Virus record (IMG/VR): IMGVR_UViG_2563366900_000004
From: a virus
Taxonomy: Duplodnaviria > Heunggongvirae > Uroviricota > Caudoviricetes
Direction: 5' to 3' (one strand)
Length of the DNA stretch: 39,499 nt
Shown piece after piece: positions 20,492 through 30,363 of the stretch (its first letter is position 1; every line of letters starts with the position of its first letter). The notes beneath the pieces were generated by a model. The model was not told where the DNA came from and ran no database searches. It saw only the letters and a list, made by a program, of their open reading frames with translations. The position numbers were made by a program, and so were the translations under genes.

Positions 20492-21904
20492 TTACCAACC
20501 GGAGGATGAGGGAACGTATATTTCTGTTTCTTCGCGGACCAATGCCGGGCAATGCATACACATCATCAGCGCATCAGCCAGGTTAGGAGATGGAATACCG
20601 AGCTTCTGCTTCATTTCGACCTTAGTCATAAGCTCCAGCTTCCCGTTATTATTGAATTTGCGCTGAATCTGCGTCAGTTCTGCAAACAGCTTCTCCAGCA
20701 TCTTCTCGCCTATCGCTTCTTTGTCGAAACTCAGCATGTCGTCGGGGTCTGCATACTCACCGTGGACAACCGCCCGATATGTCAGATACAGCCTGTCAGC
20801 CAGCGCGTAATAGAATTGCGCTCGCTTATTGCGGAACACATCGCCAATAGTGCGAACGTTGTCGCCCTGTACGACTTCATCAGCCCATGCTCCGGCCTGA
20901 TACGGTGCATCTTCATCGAATGGCGATTCGCTGCCCTTGAACATCGTGGCGGTGATTTTCTTACCGGAGAACGCTTCCGTTGTCTGTCTGCGTAGCCCGG
21001 CACCAACACCATCACCATCCCACAGGTAATGGTCAGCGCCGTCTTCAATCGCCAGCGAAGTAGCCCAGTCAGCACCCTCGTTGATGTCCATCAGCAGACC
21101 TTCGGCAATGCGCTTAACTACCGAACCGTGACGCGATGCATAACCTTTAGCATCTGGCCCTGTATCTGATGGGTCATGCGCAGAGACAACAGCGCCTTTC
21201 GCTTTCCATCCGAGTTTCTTGTGCGCATCGGTTGCGGCTTCAAGCCATTCACGTTTGATGATTGCCATATCACTTGCGCTTACTGGCTCACCAAGCCAGA
21301 TATGACGATACAGTGTCGGATTTCTGCGTTTACACTCTTCCATCTCCAGACGGAGAACTTCAGGAAAGTGCGGGTTGTCGGTGTAGTTCACCGTCAGCAG
21401 ACAAATATCATCGGGAGGATTTACAACGAATCGCTGATAGGTATCGTCGAGGATGTTCTTCGGGTTAAAGCTCACCCATATTTCAGAGAACGGCTTACGG
21501 ATGGTTGGGATCAGGATATCCCACGATTCCTTTGTTACCGCTTCCGCTTCTTCCACCCAGCAGATATCAATGCCTTCGAGCGATTTAATCTTCGTCGGGT
21601 TGTTTTTGATGCCGTAGAACATGAATTCAGCATTCGTTCCGAGATGACGAATCATGGAACGCTGAATTTCAAACTCAGCCGAATACCCTTCACGCTCGAT
21701 AGTGTCTTCAAGCAACCGGATTACCGAATCGCTGATACTGTTTTGCAGTTCACGAGCGCAGAGTATGCGCACAGGCTGCCGACGCGCCGCTTCAACAAGC
21801 AGTCTCGCAATTGCCCATGACTTACCGCTACCTCGACCGCCTTTGGCGACTTTGTAGCGATGCGCCTCAATGAACGGTTCAAAGATAGGATTAATCGAGG
21901 TCAT
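20492..21904 (-). CDS. terminase large subunit
   Basis: 470 aa; Walker A GGRGSGKS near N-terminus; nuclease-type C-terminus. Confidence 0.9.
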   Translation of the reverse strand: MTSINPIFEPFIEAHRYKVAKGGRGSGKSWAIARLLVEAARRQPVRILCARELQNSISDSVIRLLEDTIEREGYSAEFEIQRSMIRHLGTNAEFMFYGIKNNPTKIKSLEGIDICWVEEAEAVTKESWDILIPTIRKPFSEIWVSFNPKNILDDTYQRFVVNPPDDICLLTVNYTDNPHFPEVLRLEMEECKRRNPTLYRHIWLGEPVSASDMAIIKREWLEAATDAHKKLGWKAKGAVVSAHDPSDTGPDAKGYASRHGSVVKRIAEGLLMDINEGADWATSLAIEDGADHYLWDGDGVGAGLRRQTTEAFSGKKITATMFKGSESPFDEDAPYQAGAWADEVVQGDNVRTIGDVFRNKRAQFYYALADRLYLTYRAVVHGEYADPDDMLSFDKEAIGEKMLEKLFAELTQIQRKFNNNGKLELMTKVEMKQKLGIPSPNLADALMMCMHCPALVREETEIYVPSSSGW

Positions 21905-22323
21905 TTTCCGAATAGAGTGCTCATCGGTGATGTTTCAATCTGGATTGCGCCGCCGTCTTTGCCGACAAGCTCGTTAGTTACCTTGTCGCCATACTTACGG
22001 GGATTCATTCGGGCCAGCGCCCATTTGCGGGTATCAACGCGAAGTCTTGCCTTTGCCACCTCAGCAGCATCTGGAATCGCATTGTCAGCAATTTCGAATA
22101 TCTCTTCGAAAATAGAATCAGCTCGTGCCTCAGTTGCCTTCGCGTACTTGTCGCGAAAATCCTCATGCTTTGCCAGCCAGCGGAAAACAGTGGACTTATC
22201 CGGCATACCAGGACGCTTACATACTTTCAGCAAACTTTCGCCAGAAGAAAGCAACGAGCAGATATCGTCAGCCACCTCCGGCATATAATCAGAGGGGCGA
22301 CCAGCTTTTGGTTCAGTCGCCAT
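21901..22323 (-). CDS. terminase small subunit (Sf6 gp1-like)
   Basis: 140 aa; ATGA overlap with the large subunit start. Confidence 0.8.
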   Translation of the reverse strand: MATEPKAGRPSDYMPEVADDICSLLSSGESLLKVCKRPGMPDKSTVFRWLAKHEDFRDKYAKATEARADSIFEEIFEIADNAIPDAAEVAKARLRVDTRKWALARMNPRKYGDKVTNELVGKDGGAIQIETSPMSTLFGK

Positions 22324-22330
22324 ATTTATC

Positions 22331-22522
22331 TCACTTAGTTGTTATTTCAGGTCGTTGGCTCTTCATGCTTTCAATCAATGACTGCTTCAGCAATTCGAGT
22401 GTGCCAATAGCCTCACATACACTGATTTCACCATAATCATGGATGACGCTTTCCAGCCTCTCGTATAGCTCTTGAGTAATTGGGAATTTCTTCTCCTTAC
22501 CCAAATTGATTACGCGGCTCAC
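22331..22522 (-). CDS. small hypothetical protein upstream of terminase
   Basis: 63 aa; GTG start with GGAG 6 nt upstream, one base after the stop of the upstream ORF. Confidence 0.4.
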   Translation of the reverse strand: MSRVINLGKEKKFPITQELYERLESVIHDYGEISVCEAIGTLELLKQSLIESMKSQRPEITTK

Positions 22523-22523
22523 A

Positions 22524-22766
22524 TCATGCTCCGGTAGTGAACAGGTCTAACGCTTCCTTCGATTTACGCACCGCTTCGATAGTGCGGGTCGTGATATCTG
22601 AATTAGCGCCGCCTGACTGGAAGTGAATTTTGAATGGCTCAAGCTTCAACTCGTCAGTGCCAATGAACTGAAATGCTTCTTCTGCGGCTGCGTTCTGGTT
22701 CATGACCAGTTTATAAATCTCTAACTGGAATTTCTGTTCTTCAGTCATGGGAATAATCTCTGCCAT
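22524..22766 (-). CDS. small hypothetical protein upstream of terminase
   Basis: 80 aa ORF, ATG start; no recognisable family. Confidence 0.45.
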   Translation of the reverse strand: MAEIIPMTEEQKFQLEIYKLVMNQNAAAEEAFQFIGTDELKLEPFKIHFQSGGANSDITTRTIEAVRKSKEALDLFTTGA

Positions 22767-23123
22767 TGTTGGCTCCGTTTATCCGTTAAAAGGGATATCA
22801 GTTAAGTTATCCCGTGTAGGGTATAAGCCATTGTCGAGACCACTCATTGAATGGTCTCTGCAATAACCGATGTCTTTCCATCAGTCCGCCACCACAAAGA
22901 ATCTTTTTTGCCATAAGGCAGGAGGTTCATCTTTCAGTGGCTGCCGGTGTTATTTCCCCACTTACTGGCTTGGGTTGCTTCGTGGTACTGCCGTAACTGG
23001 TTGCCAAGAATAAATTCCGGTTTCATTATCAAGCCCACCCGTAGATGGGCTTTGTAATGGATAGCCGTTGCTCAGTTCTCGTAATGCTTTGATTTTTCCG
23101 ATAACGCAGTTTTGCGTTTGCCA

Positions 23124-23645
23124 TCAGCACGCGATATCGAGAGTCAACTGCAGTTGCTCGCGCCAGTACTCAACATTTGCTTCAATAACCGGCTTATCCC
23201 ATCGCCAGCGAGCCATCTCTCTTGCCCCATTGCTGGCTTTTGATTTCCGGTCATCGCGAATGCGACATGCTTGCTCATATTTCTGCTGCTCAGTCAGTTC
23301 ACCGCGAAGCAGACTATCAATGTGCAGGTCGCACCACACAGCAAAACGAGCATCACACCAACGGGCAAATGCAACTGAAAGTTTTGGATGTAGCCACGTA
23401 CCACCACCCCTGTCCTTTCGTGCCTTGCTGGTTTTTACATACCTCGATTGTGAGGGATGTAAAATTTGAGATTCTTTCCCGGTCAACGCTTCGTCTAAAG
23501 CACGAACGTATTCAAGCGTTTCTGCCAAACGCATCCAGTTATCAATGCGTTTCCCAAATCTCTCAGCAACACCTGTGACGTTGATCCAACCATCAGTGTT
23601 GAAACTGACAATTTCACCTTTGTAATTAAGTGGCACGATATTCAT
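23124..23645 (-). CDS. KilA-N domain protein
   Basis: 173 aa; F.TDGWINVT...GTWLHPKLSVAFARW pattern typical of KilA-N domains. Confidence 0.55.
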   Translation of the reverse strand: MNIVPLNYKGEIVSFNTDGWINVTGVAERFGKRIDNWMRLAETLEYVRALDEALTGKESQILHPSQSRYVKTSKARKDRGGGTWLHPKLSVAFARWCDARFAVWCDLHIDSLLRGELTEQQKYEQACRIRDDRKSKASNGAREMARWRWDKPVIEANVEYWREQLQLTLDIAC

Positions 23646-23760
23646 AACGTTTACCTACCATTTGAAATGAACCTTTGCCGCATAGGAAACCAGCCCACCG
23701 AGGCTCGCCAGCACTAACTGGCATCCTCAAAGGCCCATTCCAAAGGGGCAGGTTCGGTGT

Positions 23761-23816
23761 AAAAAACATGCGTTGCGGTACGCATTTATTGCAAAAAGCC
23801 CCGCATCGCGAGGCTC
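23761..23816 (-). terminator. tandem intrinsic terminators after the lysis cassette
   Basis: Minus-strand hairpins GCCTCGC-GAT-GCGGGGC plus TTTTT and ATGCGT-ACCGCA-ACGCAT plus TTTTTT. Confidence 0.45.
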
Positions 23817-23846
23817 ATTAAATTGACTTTGTGATTTGCAAAAAAA

Positions 23847-24284
23847 TTATTTCAGGCATTGCGTCCTGATGTATTCCTGCAGGTAGTTAACCTGCGCGGT
23901 TATCTTGTCGATTCCACTTCGGAGACGGTAATAATTGAGTTCAGCATCTGCTGTAAGTCTTGGGCTTTCTCCATCGCCCATGCCGCTGGCTCCGGTCTTT
24001 GACTTTGCACAGGAGGCGGCGACTTGCAGCCGCTTACGCCCAGCAGAAACATCATCACGGAGACTTTCGATAGTCGCGTTAGCATCAGCAAGCTCCTTTG
24101 TATATCTGGCATCGAGTTCTGCTACATCACGTTGACGCTTCTGCATATCAGCGATGATGGATGTGGATTTATCGCGCTGGTCTTTGTAGGCGATGGCGTT
24201 ATCACGGTAATGATTAACAGCCCATGACAGGCAGACGATGATGCAGATAACCAGAGCGGAGATAATCGCGGTGACTCTGCTCAT
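23847..24284 (-). CDS. Rz: spanin inner-membrane subunit Rz
   Basis: 145 aa; N-terminus [31 protein letters not shown] matches lambda Rz. Confidence 0.85.
   Translation of the reverse strand: MSRVTAIISALVICIIVCLSWAVNHYRDNAIAYKDQRDKSTSIIADMQKRQRDVAELDARYTKELADANATIESLRDDVSAGRKRLQVAASCAKSKTGASGMGDGESPRLTADAELNYYRLRSGIDKITAQVNYLQEYIRTQCLK
23900..24085 (-). CDS. Rz1: spanin outer-membrane lipoprotein Rz1, embedded in Rz in the +1 frame
   Basis: Signal peptide with lipobox (LLGVSGC) and proline-rich stretch; start placed at internal ATG 24085 (the alternative ATG at 24112 is equally possible). Confidence 0.65.
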   Translation of the reverse strand: MLTRLSKVSVMMFLLGVSGCKSPPPVQSQRPEPAAWAMEKAQDLQQMLNSIITVSEVESTR

Positions 24285-24757
24285 ACCTCAATCTCTCTGA
24301 CCGTTCCGCCCGCTTCTTTGAATTTTGCAATCAGGCTGTCAGCCTTATGCTCGAACTGACCATAACCAGCGCCCGGCAGTGAAGCCCAGATATTGCTGCA
24401 ACGGTCGATTGCCTGACGGATATCACCGCGATCAATCATCGGTAAAGCGCCACGCTCCTTAATCTGCTGCAATGCCACAGCGTCCTGGCTTTTCGGAGAG
24501 AAGTCTTTCAGGCCAAGCTGCTTACGGTAGGCATCCCACCAACGGGAAAGAAGCTGGTAACGTCCGGCGGCTGTTGATTTGAGTTTGGGGTTTAGCGTGA
24601 CAAGTTTGCGAGGGTGATCGGAGTAATCAGTGAATAGCTCTCCGCCAACAATGACGTCATAACCATGATTTCTGGTTTTCTGTCGTCCGTTATCAGTTCC
24701 CTCTGACCACGCCAGCATATCGAGGAACGCCTTACGTTGATTATTGATTTCCACCAT
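24281..24757 (-). CDS. R: endolysin, lambda R-type lytic transglycosylase
   Basis: 158 aa; essentially identical to lambda R over its length. Confidence 0.9.
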   Translation of the reverse strand: MVEINNQRKAFLDMLAWSEGTDNGRQKTRNHGYDVIVGGELFTDYSDHPRKLVTLNPKLKSTAAGRYQLLSRWWDAYRKQLGLKDFSPKSQDAVALQQIKERGALPMIDRGDIRQAIDRCSNIWASLPGAGYGQFEHKADSLIAKFKEAGGTVREIEV

Positions 24758-25064
24758 CTTCTACTCCGGCTTTTTTAGCAGCGAAGCGTTTGATAAGCGA
24801 ACCAATCGAGTCAGTACCGATGTAGCCGATGAACACGCTCGTTATATAAGCGAGATTGCTACTTAGTCCGGCGAAGTCGAGAAGGTCACGAATGAACCAG
24901 GCGATAATGGCGCACATCGTTGCGTCGATTACTGTTTTTGTAAACGCACCGCCATTATATCTGCCGCGAAGGTACGCCATTGCAAACGCAAGGATTGCCC
25001 CGATGCCTTGTTCCTTTGCCGCGAGAATGGCGGCTAACAGGTCATGTTTTTCTGGCATCTTCAT
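24741..25064 (-). CDS. S: holin, lambda S (dual-start MKM motif)
   Basis: 107 aa; essentially identical to lambda S. Confidence 0.9.
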   Translation of the reverse strand: MKMPEKHDLLAAILAAKEQGIGAILAFAMAYLRGRYNGGAFTKTVIDATMCAIIAWFIRDLLDFAGLSSNLAYITSVFIGYIGTDSIGSLIKRFAAKKAGVEDGGNQ

Positions 25065-25361
25065 GTCTTACCCCCAATAAGGGGATTTGCTCTATTTAAT
25101 TAGGAATAAGGTCGATTACTGATAGAACAAATCCAGGCTACTGTGTTTAGTAATCAGATTTGTTCGTGACCGATATGCACGGGCAAAACGGCAGGAGGTT
25201 GTTAGCGCAACCTCTTGCCACCCGCTTTCACGAAGCCAGCCATTGCGCTGGTTTTCTTTTATGCAAAGCACACCGCACCGTAGCCACAGCGGATAAGGTG
25301 ATTATTTTTGTCTGTCTGGTATTTGGCTTGATGTGCTTTCAGAAAGGTCGTGATTAAAACG

Positions 25362-25390
25362 CAAAAAGCCCCGAGCTATTAACTCAGGGC
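25362..25390 (-). terminator. tR'-like intrinsic terminator close to pR'
   Basis: Minus-strand GCCCTGAG-TTAATAG-CTCGGGGC followed by TTTTTG, about 35-60 nt downstream of the pR' start. Confidence 0.55.
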
Positions 25391-25426
25391 TTTATTTAAC
25401 GAGTGCATTTATCCATCGTTAGGTCA

Positions 25427-25455
25427 AATTTACCCAACTTTATTCAAAAAGTCAA
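25427..25455 (-). promoter_or_regulatory. late promoter pR' (TTGACT-17 bp-TAAATT) with overlapping qut-type region
   Basis: Same hexamers and spacing as lambda pR'; located about 40 bp downstream of the Q stop. Confidence 0.6.
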
Positions 25456-25497
25456 TATTATGCCGTTAATATGTTGCCATCCGTGGCAATCATGCTG

Positions 25498-26121
25498 CTA
25501 ACGTGTGACCGCATTCAAGATATTGTCTGCAATTGACTCTTCCTTGTGGCATTGCACCACCAGAGCGTCATACAGCGGCTTAACAGTGCGTGACCAGGTG
25601 GGTTGAGTAAGGTTTGGGATTAGCATCGTTACAGCGCGATATGCGGCGCTTGCTGGCATCCTTGAATAGCCGACACCTTTGCATCTTCCGCATTCTTTCT
25701 CAACAACTCTCCCCCACTGCTCTGTTTTTGCTATATCAACCACACGGCCTGTACCGTGACAATCTCTGCATCTTGCACCCGGCGTCGCGGCACTACGGCA
25801 ATAATCCGCATAAGCGAATGTTGCGAGAACTTGCAGTACCTTTGCCTTAGTATTTCCTTCGAGCTTTGCCACACCACGGTATTTCCCCGATACCTTGTGT
25901 GCAAATTGCATCAGATAGTTGATAGCCTTTTGTTTGTCGTTCTGGCTGAGTTCGTGCTTACCACAGAATGCAGCCATTCCAAATCCGGCCTGTGATTGTG
26001 CCATCCCCATAGCAGCCATCACATCAGTACCGGAAAGAGAGTCAGAAGCCGTAGCCCGTGGTGAGTCGCTCATCATCGGGCTTTTTGGCGAATGAAATTT
26101 AGCTACGCTTTCGAGTCTCAT
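25498..26121 (-). CDS. Q: late antiterminator Q (lambda type)
   Basis: 207 aa; essentially identical to lambda Q. Confidence 0.9.
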   Translation of the reverse strand: MRLESVAKFHSPKSPMMSDSPRATASDSLSGTDVMAAMGMAQSQAGFGMAAFCGKHELSQNDKQKAINYLMQFAHKVSGKYRGVAKLEGNTKAKVLQVLATFAYADYCRSAATPGARCRDCHGTGRVVDIAKTEQWGRVVEKECGRCKGVGYSRMPASAAYRAVTMLIPNLTQPTWSRTVKPLYDALVVQCHKEESIADNILNAVTR

Positions 26122-26306
26122 GGTCTTCCCCTCTTGCCCTGTCTGACCATCAGGACGCCGTTAACTATTACGTGACGCTCACCTTTGCTGTCTCGGTTGT
26201 ACTTGAGCACTGTTCCTCTTGCACAGGAAAGCATCCTCGCCACTTCGGTCTGATTGCCTCGTGTCTGGATAAGAAGCTCTGGTATCGTTTGAATTGTGGC
26301 GTTCAT
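26118..26306 (-). CDS. ninH: NinH-like HTH protein
   Basis: 62 aa; GNQTEVAR...RGTV.KY...VLMV motif as in lambda NinH. Confidence 0.65.
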   Translation of the reverse strand: MNATIQTIPELLIQTRGNQTEVARMLSCARGTVLKYNRDSKGERHVIVNGVLMVRQGKRGRP

Positions 26307-26665
26307 GCGCTCTCCAGTTCGGTGATTTTTATTCCAAGCCGTCCGCCTGGTACTTTCACACCACGAATTACGCGAATGTCATCGAATTGCTCGTCGTCTT
26401 CCGCAAATCCGGCGTGGATAAGGGAATCGAGTAAACCTTTCAGGATGTTATCGAGGTCGCGGCGGCGGGAGTCTGGAACGTCTGCGATTACTTTGATGCG
26501 GAGTCGTGATTTGGTGAAAATGTCTAACTTGAGTTGGCGGATGATTTGCTGAACGTCTTTTCGGTATTTCTGGCCTTTATCGCTGATGTAGTATTGGCTT
26601 CCCCGTCTTCGCCAGTAGGTGTTCACCGACGGCGGGTATGGAAGCACAAACTGATATTCGTTCAT
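26303..26665 (-). CDS. rusA: Holliday junction resolvase RusA
   Basis: 120 aa; LPYPPSVN, DRRRRDLDN and GGRL motifs characteristic of RusA. Confidence 0.85.
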   Translation of the reverse strand: MNEYQFVLPYPPSVNTYWRRRGSQYYISDKGQKYRKDVQQIIRQLKLDIFTKSRLRIKVIADVPDSRRRDLDNILKGLLDSLIHAGFAEDDEQFDDIRVIRGVKVPGGRLGIKITELESA

Positions 26666-26952
26666 GGCTTAATCTTCCCCTCCTTCAGCAGTATCGCCTG
26701 CGTCCTGATTACGCCTTCGAGGTGGCAAAGTCTGGCGTCTTTGTTGTCGAGGTTATGGGTGCGTCGGTCGATTTCATCGTGACACGCGCTACAAGCCCAT
26801 GCGCCGATCAGGTCGTCAGGCTTCATTCCCGTTCCGCAAATTCCAGCCATCCTGTAATGTGCCAGAACTGTAGTTTCAGGATTACCATTGCATACGCCGT
26901 AAATACGTACCTGGCATTCTCTGCCGCGTGCTTCTTTGCGTAGATTAGCCAT
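26662..26952 (-). CDS. DUF1364/YbcO-like protein
   Basis: 96 aa, Cys/His-rich; found upstream of rusA in lambdoid prophages. Confidence 0.55.
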   Translation of the reverse strand: MANLRKEARGRECQVRIYGVCNGNPETTVLAHYRMAGICGTGMKPDDLIGAWACSACHDEIDRRTHNLDNKDARLCHLEGVIRTQAILLKEGKIKP

Positions 26953-27157
26953 TTACCTTCCCTCGCAATTGAAGAATTGACTGAAGGTCTTTTTTAATAA
27001 ATATGCGAGTGCGAATTGAGCAGTAGTTTTCCTTCATTCTGGCGTAGTAATAGTCTTTTCTTTGCTTAAGCTTGTTGGCATCCGCTGTCATCCAGTCTTT
27101 TACAGCAAACTTAATTAACCAGCGGTGGCAGAGATACCATTTCAGGTAATCATTCAT
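26945..27157 (-). CDS. hypothetical nin-region protein
   Basis: 70 aa; ATG overlaps the NinF stop (ATGAATGA). Confidence 0.45.
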   Translation of the reverse strand: MNDYLKWYLCHRWLIKFAVKDWMTADANKLKQRKDYYYARMKENYCSIRTRIFIKKDLQSILQLRGKVNG

Positions 27158-27326
27158 CGTCTTCTTCCTCGTACATTGAACTATTCGGATCGCTCATCAG
27201 TTCTGCGCAGCAATCGGAGCACACGTGAACTTCCAGCACATGCAGCTTCTGACCGCAGTTAGCGCACGTTAAAGCCCGCTCGACGCTTTCTTTCTGGTAT
27301 TGAAGGGATTGGGATGGGCTAAGCAT
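27150..27326 (-). CDS. ninF: NinF-like protein
   Basis: 58 aa ORF below the track cutoff: [58 protein letters not shown]. Confidence 0.6.
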   Translation of the reverse strand: MLSPSQSLQYQKESVERALTCANCGQKLHVLEVHVCSDCCAELMSDPNSSMYEEEDDE

Positions 27327-27666
27327 TATTGGCGTCCTGCATCATGAGAAAGACAATCATGGCGGCGCGGAGAGGTCTGGTATCAAATATTGGTCTTACG
27401 CCGTTTGCATCCACACACCATTCAGTTAACTGGTCTAAGATAGAAATCCTGTGTTTCTCAATAATCGGCCATGAGGCACTCGGATCATTGCAGTAGTCAG
27501 GTAAATGGTTTAATGGCTCAAAAGTTGTATCAGCGTTTCCGTAATACCATTTGTTGGTATTATTCCCTGACGTTTCCGGCTTACATGCCCAAAGGCCTTT
27601 AAAAATTATGTCTCCTACCATTCTGTTAATTTCAAAATCACTTAACTGTGAATAATCCATTGTCAT
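27319..27666 (-). CDS. hypothetical nin-region protein
   Basis: 115 aa ORF, ATG start. Confidence 0.5.
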   Translation of the reverse strand: MTMDYSQLSDFEINRMVGDIIFKGLWACKPETSGNNTNKWYYGNADTTFEPLNHLPDYCNDPSASWPIIEKHRISILDQLTEWCVDANGVRPIFDTRPLRAAMIVFLMMQDANNA

Positions 27667-27839
27667 TTCCTAGCACGATGTCTTAGCCACCGGATATCCC
27701 ACAGGTGAGCCGTGTAGTTGAAGGTTTTTACGTCAGATTCTTTTGGGGTTGGCTTGCGTTTATTTCTGGAGCGTTTCGTTGGAAGGTATTTGCAGTTTTC
27801 GCAGATGATGTCGGTGATACTTCGTCGCTGTCGTCTCAT
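27663..27839 (-). CDS. ninE: NinE-like protein
   Basis: 58 aa from internal ATG ([20 protein letters not shown]...); ATGA overlap with the NinB stop. Confidence 0.7.
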   Translation of the reverse strand: MRRQRRSITDIICENCKYLPTKRSRNKRKPTPKESDVKTFNYTAHLWDIRWLRHRARK

Positions 27840-28279
27840 GCCGCCCTGTCTCCCCATCGCGCTTTCCATTCGAGAGCCAGTCGCGCTTCGTCTGACCACT
27901 TAACGCCACGCTCTGTACCGAATGCCTGTATAAGCTCTAATAGCTCCGCAAATTCGCCTACACGCATCCTGCTGGTTGACTGGCCTATTACCACAAAGCC
28001 ATTCCCGGCAAGGTTAGGAACAACATCCTGCTGCTTTAATGCTGCGGTAAACACACACTTCCAGCTTTCTGCATCCAGCCAGCGACCATGCCATTCAACC
28101 TGACGAGAGACGTCACCTAAGCAGGCCCATAGCTTCCTGTTTTGGTCTAAGCTGCGGTTGCGTTCCTGAATGGTTACTACGATTGGTTTGGTTGGGTCTG
28201 GAAGGATTTGCTGGATAGCTTGAATGGCGTTCTGCTGATGGATGGTGCTTCTTAGTTCAAACGTTAGTTTCCTCACCAT
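27836..28279 (-). CDS. ninB: NinB (Orf-family recombination mediator)
   Basis: 147 aa; near-identical to lambda NinB. Confidence 0.8.
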   Translation of the reverse strand: MVRKLTFELRSTIHQQNAIQAIQQILPDPTKPIVVTIQERNRSLDQNRKLWACLGDVSRQVEWHGRWLDAESWKCVFTAALKQQDVVPNLAGNGFVVIGQSTSRMRVGEFAELLELIQAFGTERGVKWSDEARLALEWKARWGDRAA

Positions 28280-28421
28280 TTACGCTCCTGTAATCGTCAA
28301 GTGCAGCTGCAATAGTCCCTATCGGGTCATGGTCTTGCCCGATAATCTCATTTACGTTTTCATCTTCTTCCACATCGAAAAAGAATCGCAGGGCTAACAT
28401 GATTTCTTCGTATGCGCTCAT
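28257..28421 (-). CDS. small acidic hypothetical protein
   Basis: 54 aa from ATG with GGAG RBS; the track ORF is a longer upstream extension. Confidence 0.4.
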   Translation of the reverse strand: MSAYEEIMLALRFFFDVEEDENVNEIIGQDHDPIGTIAAALDDYRSVNGEETNV

Positions 28422-28423
28422 AC

Positions 28424-28690
28424 TCACTCCTTCACTTTGATTCCAGCGGCGCGAATCCGTCCTTCGCATTCACTAATTGCGTCGTTATAACCAAATGTGA
28501 CCCCATCCTCGAAATCGGTAGAAAATGCCTCACGCTCTCTTTTTCCAGGACACTCAATCTCGATAGCTGCTCGCGATGCCTGCCACGCTTGCCAATACAT
28601 CTCAACCATATTGGCGTATATTTTATTTTTAGGATCACATCCGGTGTAATTTTCAAACCATTCTTCAAACTGCTTTCTTGATTCGTCCAT
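28424..28690 (-). CDS. hypothetical nin-region protein
   Basis: 88 aa ORF, ATG start. Confidence 0.5.
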   Translation of the reverse strand: MDESRKQFEEWFENYTGCDPKNKIYANMVEMYWQAWQASRAAIEIECPGKREREAFSTDFEDGVTFGYNDAISECEGRIRAAGIKVKE

Positions 28691-28707
28691 CGATACTTAC
28701 CCTCAGT

Positions 28708-28914
28708 TCAACTCACAAAACGCCACGCCACTTTTGCTACGACAACAGGCATAACACCGATAATCACCCACAGGAAAATGCTACCGAAAAGCACACCCAC
28801 CGGGTCTTTACCTTCGCCTACCAACCGGACAAAACTGCTGGCAACAACAATGAACGTCGCCACCATCCACATGGCACCGAGAATCCTCAATGCAGAGAAA
28901 ATCAACTCAACCAC
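28708..28914 (-). CDS. small hydrophobic membrane protein
   Basis: 68 aa, GTG start with GGAGAG RBS; just downstream of the tR2-like terminator. Confidence 0.4.
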   Translation of the reverse strand: MVELIFSALRILGAMWMVATFIVVASSFVRLVGEGKDPVGVLFGSIFLWVIIGVMPVVVAKVAWRFVS

Positions 28915-28933
28915 GATTTACTCTCCCCCAAAT

Positions 28934-28960
28934 AAAAAGGCCTGCGATTACCAGCAGGCC
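28934..28960 (-). terminator. tR2-like intrinsic terminator downstream of the replication genes
   Basis: Minus-strand GGCCTGC-TGGTAATC-GCAGGCC followed by TTTTT. Confidence 0.55.
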
Positions 28961-28986
28961 TGTTATTAGCTCAGTGATGTAGATGG

Positions 28987-30363
28987 TCATACGTCAGCCC
29001 CTTGTGCATATCGTCTGCCACGCGCAGCAGGTGCATTTGATGCTGTGCAAATCTGTCTGGCTTCATCCTGGTCACATGCAACAAAGTGTCCGTTACAGAA
29101 CCGCTGGTAAACCGTACCAAGCGAGCCAAAACGGTTTTTCGTCACGATGATTTCAGCAAATGGCGCGGCGCTACTGCTCTCGTCATATACCGCTTCCCGA
29201 TAGAGCATGATGATTGAGTCTGCGTCCTGTTCAATGCTTCCTGAATCACGCAAATCTGCGTTTGTCGGGCGTTTGTTTGGTCGCTTCTCAACATCGCGCG
29301 AAAGTTGACTTAGGGAGATAACAGGCGTTTTCAGGTCTTTCGCCATCGCCTTCAGGCTTCCGGAGATGTGAGCAATTGCGAGGTCGTTGCGGTCTGCTTT
29401 CGGCTTCTCAATCAGGCCAAGATAATCCGCCATGATGAGTGACAGGTTTGGATTTTCCTGTTTGTGCCGTTCTGCGATTGATCGTATTTCTTCGACCGAT
29501 AACCGCGAGGCATCGACTACCCATACATCCAAATCTGCAAGCTGACTCATGCCGTTAGCAACACGTGCCCAGCCTTCGTCATCCATCGCTGCAGGATTTC
29601 GCAGCACACTAACCGACATCCTCCCGGCGTTGGCAATGCTTCGCTCTGCAATCTGCAATGCGCTCATTTCCATTGAGAAAATCAATACTCCGCGCCGGAC
29701 GTCAGAACCAGGAATAACACGACTTGCAACGCCTTCGGCAATCTTCAGCGCCAGTTCGGTTTTCCCCATACCAGGACGAGCGGCGATTATCACCAGGTCT
29801 TCCGCGTTCATCCCTCCGGTGATGGCGTCAAGTTCTTCGATTCCGGTCTTCAGGGTATCGGACTCTTCTCCGTTCCTCAGACGCCTGTCAAGCGTGTCAG
29901 TGTAGTCAGTTATGATTTCCCCTAACCGTACAGGTTTAACCTCGTCACGGGGCTTTCTGATGGCTGAAAGACGCTTTACAAGTTCATCCATCGCCTGACT
30001 CGATGCGTCGATGGTTCCGCTCTGAATTGGTTCACGCATTTCATCCATGATTTCCAGCACCAGACGGCGGTGATAGTTATCCGCGACCATTCCAGCATAT
30101 CCCTTCAGGTTTGCGGAACTCGGGCAGTTTTTGCTGGTCATCAGGATTGACGTGAAATGCTCCTCTCCGCACGCCTCGGCAACCATCAGCGCGTCGATTA
30201 GGTTTCTGTTTCGCGCCTGCTTGCGGATAACCTCGAAGGCTTTCCGGTAGAGCGGTATTGAAAACGCTTCCGGCTCAAGCGTTGCCAGAACGTCACTGGC
30301 AATTGGTGTTAATCCACCAATCAGCAGGCCACCGATAACGCTCGCTTCGATATCCTGTTTCAT
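28987..30363 (-). CDS. replicative DNA helicase, DnaB family (P22 gp12-like)
   Basis: 458 aa; Walker [15 protein letters not shown] overlap with the initiator stop. Confidence 0.9.
   Translation of the reverse strand: MKQDIEASVIGGLLIGGLTPIASDVLATLEPEAFSIPLYRKAFEVIRKQARNRNLIDALMVAEACGEEHFTSILMTSKNCPSSANLKGYAGMVADNYHRRLVLEIMDEMREPIQSGTIDASSQAMDELVKRLSAIRKPRDEVKPVRLGEIITDYTDTLDRRLRNGEESDTLKTGIEELDAITGGMNAEDLVIIAARPGMGKTELALKIAEGVASRVIPGSDVRRGVLIFSMEMSALQIAERSIANAGRMSVSVLRNPAAMDDEGWARVANGMSQLADLDVWVVDASRLSVEEIRSIAERHKQENPNLSLIMADYLGLIEKPKADRNDLAIAHISGSLKAMAKDLKTPVISLSQLSRDVEKRPNKRPTNADLRDSGSIEQDADSIIMLYREAVYDESSSAAPFAEIIVTKNRFGSLGTVYQRFCNGHFVACDQDEARQICTASNAPAARGRRYAQGADV

Noticed and set aside
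20492..20561. Portal start at the GTG given by the ORF track (20561)
   Set aside because: It would overlap the terminase large subunit by 70 nt; an ATG at 20489 just after the terminase stop gives a 708 aa portal typical of Sf6-like phages.
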